Below are positions 24,110 through 37,128 of a stretch of 64,000 bases of DNA, in pieces. Position 1 is the stretch's first letter; every line of letters starts with the position of its first letter. Made by a program: the position numbers and the translations under genes. The stretch is from IMG/VR virus record IMGVR_UViG_3300020048_000100; one strand, given 5' to 3'. The notes below the pieces were generated by a model. It had not been told where the DNA came from. It searched no databases and worked only from the letters and a program-made list of their open reading frames with translations. Source of the DNA: an uncultured virus (IMG/VR IMGVR_UViG_3300020048_000100) (lineage: Duplodnaviria > Heunggongvirae > Uroviricota > Caudoviricetes).

Positions 24110-25663
24110 TTAAAGAGTCTAAGAATAATTCTTTACAACAAATCTGATTTCAATAAATTCCAACTATTTAACTGGAATAAATCTGATTTTTATAGGTAAA
24201 TAATTTCTCTCAATAAATTCTGGTCTAATATCTAATTCAAATTGATAATCAACAATTCCATTTTGCTATTGTACTTCTGACATAAAAGCTGTAATTGAAT
24301 TTGAAATCTAAGAAAAAGTAGCTTGATTCATAGGTTCAAACAAAAATCTTCTCATTCTTTCCTAAATTGTTGTTTCAATATATATCTAAACCATTCTCTA
24401 ATTAATTCTTGAAAGCTAACTATTTCTCATATAATGGGTTTTTTGACCCCAAATATAAGTTCCTTGACCCTAAAATTTAACAATTGGATTTACATTAGCA
24501 AGATACATTGTATCTCCTTCAAGTTTGTTTAATATTGATAATGGTTCTTTTGCTATGTTTCCTCTATTTAACCCAGCCATCTATTCCCAAATATATCCAC
24601 CAGATTCTAATACATTTAAGAATATTTCCATAGCATTAACAGATGGAGGATATGGGATAAATTGAAAATTGGTAGTTGTATCTAAAACCCAAGGATGGTA
24701 CAACTACAAATAACTTGCTTCAAGCCCAACTTTATAACGATAAGTATATCCATAGTGCTAAGCACCCATATCTCTATTAACAATTTTCTACCATTTTTCC
24801 CAACCTTGTGCTGGAGAACCATCTTCTTGCACAACATCATCATTTCCAACACCCAAATCTTCTGGAATAATTTCTGATAAAATTAAAAAATCTTTTCGTG
24901 AATACTACAAATCAACAAAAGAATTTACTTCTGAACTACTAAATTGCCCCTAAGTTACTAAGAAATTAAACCTAAATTCATATGGATTCTATAAAATTTC
25001 AGGTGTGATATATGTTGTTGGATCAATTCTCTAACTGTTTTTACCATTCTAAAGTTGTAACTAATTTGTACTTGATCTTGTAATCAATTCCTAAAAAACT
25101 TCTGGTGTTAAATCAGCTTTTGAAATAGTTATATAATTTGAAACATTGTTTGTAAATGTAATCAAATCTTCAATAGTTCTTGCAGTAAATGTTTCAATTA
25201 ATTTAGCTTCGTAAGAATTAGATTCTTTAATATAAACATCGAAAGCATAAATAATAGACCTAATCATATAAAATTTAACTTGAATTTTGTTTCCAAATGT
25301 ACCACTATATTTCTACTAAATAGGTACATATGTTTCAGAATTTAAATCTAATTCATAATCCTAAATATCAGTTGGAATATTGGAACAATTTAATCTAAAG
25401 CACAATAAGTTACATTGTCGCGAAGATAGCCTATACTACTAATCAAAAGAAATTTCATTAAGCTAATTAACATCAGTTGGAAGTCCAAATGTATTAATAA
25501 ATTCTTTTGTACCTTGTGTAATAGTTGTATATTTTGGTCCCCAATCAGATTGGAAAAAAATAAGAATTGTACGAGCATGAGTAATATTAATATCTGGTAC
25601 AATTGATTGGTCAATTTCATGTACTTTTACACCAGGGCTTATAAACAATCCATTTCTCTACAT
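24110..25663 (-). CDS. Tail sheath protein (paralogue 1)
   Basis: FISPGVKVHEID, WGP, FG.P, YHPW, PYPPS, WE*M*GLNRG, NPIV, WGQKT, LSRIN, FLFEP, PVK*LEFI; ends TAA. Confidence 0.92.
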
Positions 25664-25716
25664 ATTTTTCGTACCCCCTTTTATAAAAAAGAAAACGTAA
25701 TACCTTTTTATTTATA

Positions 25717-26709
25717 TCATCTAATTTTATATTTTCTGATTGATTCAACTGATTCAGAGTTAAACTAATCATTTTCATAAATTTCAATGGCATTTTTAAT
25801 ACCTAAATCAATATCAAGTCTTAATAAATTTGCACTTATATTAAACCTTGTTAGTGGTATAAAATCAAATTTGAATTCGTATCTTTGCTTCTACAAATTG
25901 TATGTTTTTTTATCCATTTCCGAAACATGTGAATACTATGTCCATTCTACATAATAATTTATACAATAAAATAAAGGAAATATAAATTTATCCTATATAC
26001 TTTTAAAAGGCTCATTTGAATTTTTTATTAAAGTATCTAATTGTATTATATACTATGATTTTACTTTTTTATTTAAAAATATTTTTGTATTAAACATCTA
26101 AAATAAACTTTGTAATTCTATATTGGTTTCCTATATTATATCCATTGTTACTTTCTAAGATGAAGATATAGCATCATAGTATAGAGTTGGAAATATTTTA
26201 TCTTTTAATTTTTCCCTTGTATATTTTGGATCATTCTAAAAATAAAGTTGTTTATATGCATCTATCAAAAACTGCTTTGTTTTTGTACGAGTATCCTACA
26301 TAAAATATGATGATTCTGTTCTATACGGAATCTATGAATTCAAATTTTCTGTCTATGGCATTTCTTCCTAACTTATTAAAAATAATGGTAATTTCCTATC
26401 TTTTGTATTTAATCTTGAAGCAAAGTTTACCTATTCATGAGGACTTTGAATTATTACCTGCTATTTAGGGTCAAAATTATATCCAGATAAATATTTTTTT
26501 AATAAATTTATAATAAATGATTTTATACATTGGTAATCTTCTATAATGTAATTTATGTACAAAGGAGAATCAAATAAGAAATAATCTTTTTTCTATGTAA
26601 AATGAGTATTCAATGAATTTTGCCTATGATGTTTAATATTTATTAAATCTAATATATAATCATTTAGAAAAGATTCTGATTCAAAACTCTAAAAGTCCAT
26701 ATTTGCCAT
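25717..26709 (-). CDS. Putative tail completion/terminator protein
   Basis: TAG-rich ORF between neck and sheath genes; function inferred from position only; ends TGA. Confidence 0.5.
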
Positions 26710-26715
26710 TTTTAA

Positions 26716-27261
26716 TCAATCCTAAGTATTATAAATTAAAAATTCTGTCCACTCATATACATTTCTAATATCAATATTATTAAATTCCATCCATTTTAAA
26801 AACATTGGAAAAATATATAAAAATACAGTATTAGTATATTTACTACACATATTCATACTTTGAGTTATAAGACCAGAATACTTTTTATTTTCAAAATTTA
26901 AAATATCTTGTTTATTATTATAATCTACAAGTAAATTATATGATGTGCTTGCTTTTGATTTTTGGAAAATGAAATTAAAATCAATATATGTATTATATAA
27001 ATTTTGATTAGCTTTAGAATTATAATTAAAATACTTAATATAGTCTTCTAACTTTTTGAATATATACATTATATAAAACTACTAAAATGAATTTATTAAT
27101 AATCTATTTTCGTCTTTATCTTCCATAATTTTGAAATTGAGTTTTATATTATCACATACTTTTGGTAAAAACCCAATGGCTGCAATTTCAAAATCTTGAT
27201 TGTTTGATAGCTTAATAAACTCTTCAAACTTTGTAATCTAATTATTAAATACTATTTTCAT
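26716..27261 (-). CDS. Hypothetical protein
   Basis: Extends track ORF 26722..27069; ends TGA. Confidence 0.65.
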
Positions 27262-27280
27262 ACTTTTCACCCAATTTTTA

Positions 27281-28105
27281 TTATTTTAAAAGCCAATCTT
27301 TAACAATGTCAACTTCTTCTATTAAATTTTCATTTTCAACAGTTTTTTCTATATAATCAGAATCGGGTTCTTTTTCCTATGGTTGATCTATTGGAAGTTT
27401 CCCATTAGTAATTTCAAATCTTTTTTCTTGTTGGTTTTCTAAATCTTGAAAATGAGTTTTATCTGGGAAATAGTACTCCCATATAGTTTTAGATATTGTT
27501 GTTAAATTTAATCTTGAAATATTTAATGTATACATCGTTATATTTTTTTTATTTATTTTGTCATACATAATATGGTTTTCTGTAATTTGACTAACAATCC
27601 AAAAATCATCAGGGTCTATTGGGTCTTTAAATACATCTCCTGGTTTTATAAGATAATCATTTGGATATAAATCTTTAATATAAATTACTTGTAGGTTACT
27701 TTCATTTTGGATATCAGTTTGTGTTTTGGCTGATTCTTTCCATACAACTTTTAATTTTTTCAATTCAAAAATACTTGTAAAATGCTTATTTTCCTATGGT
27801 ATATTATTATCTAATAAATACTATTTATAACTATACATTTCTGCATTGTCTTTATTTGAAATGGTATATTCTTTATCTGATAATTTATTTGTTGTCATAA
27901 ATGTATCTTCTAATAAACACCAAACATCAGTTACAAGCTATTGTGTTTCATTAAACTATAAATAATTTAACACAGCATCATTTACATAACTTCTTTGTAA
28001 TAAATCAGAAACTGTATGCAAATTTTCTGTTGTGTATATTTGAATATTACTGTCATTAGTTTCATTAAATACATATGGGAAATCCTATCTTGTATTTTTC
28101 TACAA
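27281..28105 (-). CDS. Putative neck/head-completion protein
   Basis: TTG TAG start with RBS; IKPGDVF...FWIVSQI; position upstream of sheath genes; ends TAA. Confidence 0.5.
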
Positions 28106-28131
28106 AATGTATCACCAACTTTTTTAAAAAA

Positions 28132-31100
28132 TCACAAATCAAGTTCATCATAAGTTATGTAAATTATATAATCAATAGAACCTATCTATTCATAAGTTAT
28201 TTCTGAAAGTATTACACCAAAATCTGTTTTTGTATTTTCTAAAATAATTTCTCCAGACTAACTATTATTTATATATAAATTACAATTTAAATCTGATTCT
28301 TGTAATAAAGAAAACCCATTATTTGTTAAAAATGTACTATCCACATACATTTGTGGAGTTTGATATATATTTGTAGTTTTATAATATAAAGTGCAGCCAA
28401 CAGTTGGTTTATTAGTGGACACGTAAACTTTAAAATTTTTAATTTTTTTATCTTGCTATAATTTTTTACAACGTATTCTAAACCATCTTTCAAAAGATGT
28501 TTTTATAGATGTTTCTGTAGTTGGTATTCGTATTCTATTTCCTATAACGGAACTTAATGGTGAAGAATCTTTTCCAAACAAAGGCAAAAAATTAGTTTCA
28601 ATTTCTGTACCTGGCTAATCTCCATATGTACATAATATATCAAGTTCTGTTGTTTGCTCAATTGTAAAATTAGAAAAATCAATAATAGTGGTTTTTTCTA
28701 TTTGTGTTGTAGAACATGGATTTGTCTAAACTACTTTTATCTAATATCTCTAAAATTGTGTAAATGTATAATCAATATAAGGATTTTCTAATGGCATTAA
28801 ATTAATTTTTACATCTTCACTTTCTGTAATAAGATAAACATTATATTTAATATTTGTACCTTGTGGTACCGTCCATCTTATTCTATAAGGGGTATTTAAT
28901 ACTATTATTGAAGTTTCTATTGGTGTTACAAAATTAATAATTCCATTTAAACTTGTACAAGGAATTATTTTATTCTATTGTATTGTTAATGTATTAGATT
29001 TTATTTCTTCTAATGTGCATGAATTTATCTATCCTATTTGAATTACATAGTCTTGTATGTTCTAAAATTTATAAATATATTTGTTAGTATATAATGGTTC
29101 TGTTAATACATTTATATTATTTATATATATATTATATAAAACACCAGTACCATTACTTTCTTCAAATTTAATTTCAATTTCTTGGTTTTGATAAATATTA
29201 GTATTTATTGTCGGAAAAATAATAGTAGGCTATGTTTTTATTGGTATACAAGCAACAGTTGTAACTTTTGTATTAGAATCATTTATATTTGTTGTATATT
29301 CTGTAAAATTACAACCAGAAATAACATCTTCATTCTTCTAATAAACCTTCCATTGATACTAAGTATTTTGAGTAAGATTATCAACTGTAAATTCTTTTGT
29401 GCCTCCAACTTCTCCTGAAACTAATGATATCCACTATTCAGAAGATTGTTGTTTATAATATACTTGAAAATAAGTTATTGAATCAATATTAAAATTGATT
29501 GTAAATTTATTATGCTATATTAATGCTGTTCTTAAATTAGTAATTATTGGCTATGGGCAATCACCTACAGGTTCTTCTTCTGTTATACAAGTTGTATTCT
29601 AAGTTACAGAAGAAGTTACTGTACATATATTGCAATTTGTTGATTGATTTGACTATTCTACTATCCAAACATATTCAGTTTCTGCAACTAAATTTGAAAT
29701 TGTATAATATTTATCACCAGAACCACTTGCATTTGAAACCCAAATTAAATCAAAAAGAGTATCTGTTGATTTTTTCTATTTTACACTATGTGTTGTAGAA
29801 TTTTGCAGATTAAACGATATTGTAATTGACTAATGATTTATAACAGTTGTTGAAAAATTTGTTATTTGTGGCTCTTGACAAGTTAATGCTGCTATTAAAT
29901 TAAATGTTTTACTTTTATTTCTAATAACTGAAGCTATCTATAATGGTAAATTAAATGTTCCATTAGGCATAAATTTTGCCCCCCCTAAACTAATAGTTTC
30001 TATTTATAGAAATTATTCTTTTGTTGTAAATTTCCATATTTCACTTTCTACTTTACCACATTCATTTTCCTAAACTACTTTCCAATAATATTGTTTACCT
30101 TTTTCTAATGAAAACTAATTATTTATAAATTCATCATATTGCAAACATAATGTACCAGTTTTTATACTATTATGTAATTCAGATGTGTTTATTTTAAGTT
30201 GCAAAATACAATAATTTGTTATTGTATTATAAAAGGTTAGATTACTACTATAATTACCATTTATCATTATATTATTTTGCAATGGCAAATTTTGCAAAAC
30301 TTTCATTTTATTACTTAATATATTCTATCTTTTCGGTTCTGTATATAATACACTATTAGAAAAATACATTTCTATAAAATTTACATAGCTATTAGAGAAA
30401 TCTAAATATAATCGTAAATTACTAATGATTGTTGATAAACTTATATTTTCCTATTTAAAATATATATATCTTTCATAAGATAAAGAATAATTTCTTCTTG
30501 GCTAAATTAAAGGAAATAGGTATAATAAACTTTCATCATTCTAAATATTATAAGATGAAAATACAAGTTTTTTATTTTCTATTTTTTCGTCTTCGACATC
30601 AGTTGTATATTTACAATACATTGACATAGTCTATTTATCATAATCTTTTATAGTTAAAATAGTAGATGGGTTTTGATTTTCATCTAAATATACAGTATAT
30701 TTTATAGGTTCTTTTCCAATACTTTTTTGCCATCGTAATGCAATATTTTCTGCATCAACATTTATTTCATTATTCTAAGGATATGGATTTTTTGGAGAAA
30801 TTGGAATTAAACAATCTTTCTAAAAAGATGTTTGAAATCTATTTGTTTGATTTGATTTTGTATCACCACAATAATTTCTCTATATAATATACCATTCATA
30901 AATTGTATCTTGCTCTAAATTATCTATTAAATAGCTATTTACTTGATTGTTAGATTTTGTGCAATGAAATTTTATAAAATCAGATTTCTTAATATATATA
31001 TCATAGAATGCCTATCCTTCCTAATTTTCCCAAACAAGTAATACACTATTTGATAAATTTGCTGCTAAATTGCTTGGTGATAATAAATTAAAATTAGATG

Positions 31101-32742
31101 GGTTTTCTGTACAATCCTATGTTTTAAAATAATAAGTTTGTGATGAATGAGATAAGCCACAATCATTTTCCTAAATAACTTTCCAATAATAAGTTGTATT
31201 TCTATTCAATTCCTATATTGTATAGGAAGTCCCTTGCAAATTTTGTATTTTATTAAACTCTGTTAGATTTAGGTTATCACCAAAATATAATTGATATTTA
31301 TTCTATTTTTGGGATACGTTCCAAACTAATGATACATCTTTTAACTATATATTTATTTTTGCATTTTGTGGAAAAATTAAAATTGGAGTAGATGGTATTT
31401 CTAAACATGAGAGTGTTATAAAAGAAATTATATTAGATTCCTAATAACCACATTCATTATACTATATAATTTTTATATAATATGTTTTATTAATATCTAA
31501 AGTAGTTTTATCTATTAAATATGAATTTGTATTTACTACATTCTGCTAATATTTATATAAATTATTATTTGAAAGACCAAGATATATATCATAATACATT
31601 GTATTCTATGAACCAGACCATTGTATTTCAATATCTTCTAATATGGATACAGTATTATTTAATTCTGGTTTTATTATAATAGGAACTATTGGCTACGAAT
31701 TACAAGATTTAAGTCTAAAATAATGTATAGGGCTTTCTAATGTTCCTTTTGAATTTTTCTAAATTACCTTCCAACCATGTGTTTGTGCATAACTATCAGA
31801 TTGCAAGCAATCACTTTTTGTATATAACAAAATATTTTGTAAATAAAAATATTTATTTATTATATTATTTTGTTGAAAAATCTGTTCTTCTATAAATGTT
31901 TCACAATCATTTTGATACAATAACTTATAAATTATTATGTCATAATATTCTGCATTTTCCTAATTCCAGTCAAATGTTATATTCCAACTAATATTTAATT
32001 GGTTATATTGTGGAGTTAAAAGCTGAATATTTGTTGGTGGTTCAACAAATTTTTCAACTTTAAAGTATGATACCTAAGTTGAATATGTATTTATATCATT
32101 TACCTAAATTATTTTCCAATAATAAAAAGTATTTGAAATTAAATTTTGCATAAAATATGTTGTATTTTCGTAATTATCTTCCACCAAATCTTGCTCAGTT
32201 AGTTCACTATTTACTCCAATATATATTTTAAAATATTTCTATTTTTGCTACTACCAAATTAAAGTGGTTGTATTTGAAATTATACTATTATAAGTTGGCT
32301 AAACAATAGAAACAGTTGGAGCTTGATCAAATTCTTTTGTTTTATAATGTACTATTGGGGTATCTTTAATTCCACAATCGTTGATCTATCGTATAACACA
32401 AACATAATTTGTATTTAATACACCATTAAATGTATAAGATAAGGTATTTGAATCATTAGTTTCATATACTAAATCTAAAGATTCTTCCATAAATCCAATA
32501 AATACCAAATATTTTGTAACATTTATAAATTCTGAACTCTAATCTTCCCATTCAATAATATGTATTTTATCTATATTACTCTAAGTATCTTCAATATTTA
32601 AAATACTAAAATCACTTGGTATTAAGCAATCACCAGTTTTAAAATAAAATACATCTGATGTTATTTCATTACTATTTGATTTTTTAACTATTTTCCACTT
32701 ATATATAGAAGATGGGTCTAATAAAAAATCATTGTTTGCCAT
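28132..32742 (-). CDS. Large fibronectin type III repeat protein (about 1536 aa)
   Basis: Repeated P.N.......W....Y.IY.G...YYWKV.*.N.CG...S.I..F.T units; frame spot-checked; ends TGA. Confidence 0.75.
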
Positions 32743-32751
32743 AAAATTATT

Positions 32752-35700
32752 TCACACCCTTTTATATGTAAACTCACATTCTTCTAAATTTTCCTAAATC
32801 TTTTTATACTAACTATTTCCTTTCTATAAATATATATCATATTTTTTATTTATTATTTTTTCTATATTTTCTGATATTAAAGGATTCTAATCTATCTAAT
32901 TCAAGTTAATGCCAATTTCCTATAATATTTCTTGTGGGAAAATATTCCCACAAGATTCAGTATTTAATATATATAATTGCTGTTTTGAATTTATAAATAA
33001 TATATAATGGCTGAATGTTGAATATTCAATAACATCATATGCTATTGGAGTAAAACAATTATCTGGTGTTGTATTCCATTCATCTCCAAATATATATAAA
33101 CAATTATTTATATCTAAAAACTAAGTATAATCCATTTGGCATTTAACTGATTTAATATTTGTCTATATTGGTAAATCTATATCAAATATTATCAGGTTAG
33201 ATGATGATACAAAAGGGTTACATTGATGATTTTGATTACAACCAAATATATATAAATTATAATCAGAATCAATAATCTAAGTGTGATTATTTCCAATTGA
33301 AACATCTATAATATTATTCTAAATTTGAGTTGACATATCTAATACATATTCTGACATATTTACACCAAGTGAACATATGTAACAGTCATTTGCCCCAACT
33401 ATATATAAATTATAATCTAAATCTATTATCTACTAAGCATAAAACCATCCAATATTTGATTTTTTCTAATTTATAAAATATGGTTCATCTAAATTTAATT
33501 CAATTATTGTTTCTACTGGTGTATTTTCTGATAAACTCAATATATAATTTTCATTATATCCATACATATATAAGTTATTGTTTTCTGTAATAAAAGAGAT
33601 AATATTTAAATATCCAGATGTTGCATCTACATCAATAACATTTTCCTGAACCTAATCTATAAAATTCATTCTTGGGGTTTCACAATTTCCTGGTATTATG
33701 CATTTTCCAGTACATAGAAACTCGTTATTTCCAATAGCATATAATTTATTTTCATAAGTTAAATAAAATGCACCATACCACTAAGTAATAACTTTTTTTA
33801 TATTTTCCTAAAAATATATTTTTCTAAACAAATTATGATCTTTTAATGTCTACTTACTATTTTCATAAAATAAAGGATTTATAGCACATGCATCTGTTGT
33901 CCAATTATTACCAAGTCCATAAAGTCTATTATCATTTGTAATATAATGAAATCCCCAATATCCAATGCCTTTTTCTGATATATGTTTAATTTTATTATTG
34001 GGTTGTTTTAAATATAGGTTATACTCTTCAAGTGGTCCGTGAAATGTATTTTTATATGCAGCAAAATTGTTATGAAAATTAAGTATTGGATAGCACATTA
34101 ATCCACCACAATTATGACAACCATAAGTTATAAGTTTGTTTTGATTTGTAACAATAACTACATGATCAGAAATATTCTAAATTTTACAATTCGTAAATAC
34201 AATATTCGACTATGCATATGGGTAAGATTGGAGAATACTGCCATGTGTAATTTCTGTTATTGCATGCTAAATACTATCAGTATCTATATAACAATTTAAT
34301 CCCAAACTTTTTACATTTTCCTAAATTTTTGTACCATCTATTTTATATAATTCATTATTCATATTAAGATAATATAATAACCCATCTTTATTTAATGTTA
34401 CGTCTTTTATATTTGACTATAGCTCAGAGTTTGAATTTATTAAATCTTGTAGTATATATAATTTATCATTATTTGTTATAATATATATATTAGTTAAACC
34501 AATTTCAGTATCACCTTGCTAATTTCTATACTGCATAATTTTTTTAATATTAATAGCAATCGGATTAACTAAATCAAATAAAAATATATTATTACTATAC
34601 TGATTTGCCAAATAATTATTATTTGGTAAAGTTACACCATTAGAATCTATAGTTCCAATAATAAATAAATTACTATTATTATCTAATATCAAAGTTATGT
34701 TTGGATAACAAATCTATTGTCTTACATTATTCATTGTGGGTTGTAATTCTTCTGAAGGTAAAACAAGTATATTGCCATTTGTTCCACCAGTTATTGTATC
34801 TATTAAAAAAGGTACAACAGAAAAATAAAAATTTCGACCAGTTATATATAATTTATCATCTAAATCTATATACTAACATGTAAAATAGCCAACATTAGCA
34901 TATTTTACATTTGTAGCATATGGTATTTTGTTTATAAATTTAGTTGTTGAATCATATGAAACTCCTTCTGGGTAATCAAACGTTGGATTATCTGGGAAAA
35001 ACCCAAATAAATATAGTTCATTATCAGAGTTTATATAATATGTTCCCATTCTATTAAATTGTATTCCAGCATCTAATACGTTTGTATTAATTAATCCTTC
35101 TGGGTCTTCATCAATATCTGTATTTTGCCAACTAAATAATAATTCACTTGTTTCAAGAATATTTAAAATAGTATTATTATATGGAACTTTTAATAAAAAT
35201 GGGGATAACTAAATAGTATCAGTAGTGGTTTTAAATGTAAAAGGCTCGCTTTCTATATAGTTACATTTGTTTTTCTATCGTATTTTCCAACTATATGTGG
35301 TATTTGGTTCTAACTAAAAACTTTTTATATTATATGTAAAATTATTAGTTACTAAGTTGTCTTTAATTTTTATAAAATTTTCAGATTCTTTTTGTAATAA
35401 AAATTCATACTAAACCTAATTAATCTAAGACCATTCAAACTATAAGTTTTCTAACTATTGATTAACCTAATTATTCTAAGGAAATATATTATAAAGTGAA
35501 CCTATAATTTCTGGATCATCACACTATGTAATAAAAGACTATTCATTTGATATAATTACAGTTTCATTTGTATAATCTTCCTATATTATAACCTAATAAT
35601 ATCTTGATAGCATATCTAATTTTTCTTCTTCGTTTAATATATAGTTATACTCAGTATTTGTAGTATAAACAAGTAATTTTGCATACTTATCTTCTGGATG

Positions 35701-37128
35701 ATAGAACCAATCATCCCCCCAAGTCTTTGCCATTACCTAAAAAGGTAATTTTAATAAAAATACTTTATAAACTATCAAATTTCCAATATTTGATGAAAGC
35801 TCCCATGCAAAATTAATAATTGTCCTACTAATATCTATTGAATTTGCCTAAGGTGAAATTAAATTTAATACAGTATTATTACTACCTAAGTCTAACACAT
35901 AATTTATTAGAATTATCATTGGGGTATATTCATTATTTTGTGATTCAATAATAAACATAGATAATTCATTATCTGTTTTCCATGCACGAGGCTAAGATTC
36001 TATATTTTCTCCAAAACAATTATTATTTAATAATTTAGTTAATACATTATGTTCAATTGGTATTTTTATATCCTATGCAATACCAATTCCAAGGTTATAG
36101 CTGCTATTACATCCCCAAGTAAATACCTAATTATTGTCTTCTTTAATTGCAAAAATAGAATTTGAATACTAAATAATATCTTTCCAAGAAGTTTCACCAA
36201 GTTGAATTGGTGAATATATATAATCATTAGATATAATACCAAGTTCAGAATTCCAATTATAACCCCAACCAAATAATTTATTATCTGATTCTCTAATTGC
36301 TAAAACAAAACCCGAACCAACCTATATTTTTTTCCAAGAAGTTAAACCAATTTGAATTGGTGTATATATAAATGAATCAATAGTATTCCCTATCCCAAGT
36401 TCCCCATAATAATTACTGCCCCAACCAAATAATAAATTATTTTCATTAGCCAATGCAAATGTTATTTCACTGTAATTTGAATAAATAGTTTTCCACTAAG
36501 TAGTTCCGATTTGTATAGGGGAATATTCTATTGTACTCGAATAACCCAAACCTAAATTATTTTCTTCATTATAACCCCAACCAAATAATATATTATCATC
36601 TAATCTAATAGCAAATGAAAAATTACCATAATGTTCATATGTATATACAGATTTCCAAGATGTATTCCCAATTTGTGATACTTCAATGTAATCGCCAATA
36701 GCTACATCTTGCATACCCAACTATCCACTTGAATTTTCACCGCAACCAAATAATTTATTATCCTCATTTCTAATCTATAATACATAATCTTGTGTCTAAG
36801 TAAAATCTTTCCATTGAATATCTGAAAATTTACGTGGAATAAAATAAAAAGAAGATGATAACATATTTAGATTATAATAATAAGTTCCAGTATACCCCCA
36901 AATATGTAATATATTATTATAATCTAATGCATATATATTATATCCATTGCGTACAATTTTTTTCTAAGTTATATGATATGGGTGTTTTGCAATATTTTTA
37001 AAATATGTAGTTTGTGGGCGATTATCAATCCCTAATAAATAGTTATAATTATACCCACAAAAAAATAAATTAGAACTGGTTGGTGAATATATTAATTTAT
37101 ATTCAATATTTATTAGTATTTCAGCCAT
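32752..37128 (-). CDS. RCC1-repeat plus FN3 structural/receptor-binding protein (about 1458 aa)
   Basis: Repeats LFGWG.N..G.LG.G....SPIQIG..SWK; two FN3 units; a second degenerate RCC1-like block; ends TGA. Confidence 0.8.

Noticed and set aside
29968..29990. Separate gene start at 29970 after a G-run
   Set aside because: It is in frame with the upstream coding sequence with no stop, so I treated it as one CDS; an internal start cannot be excluded
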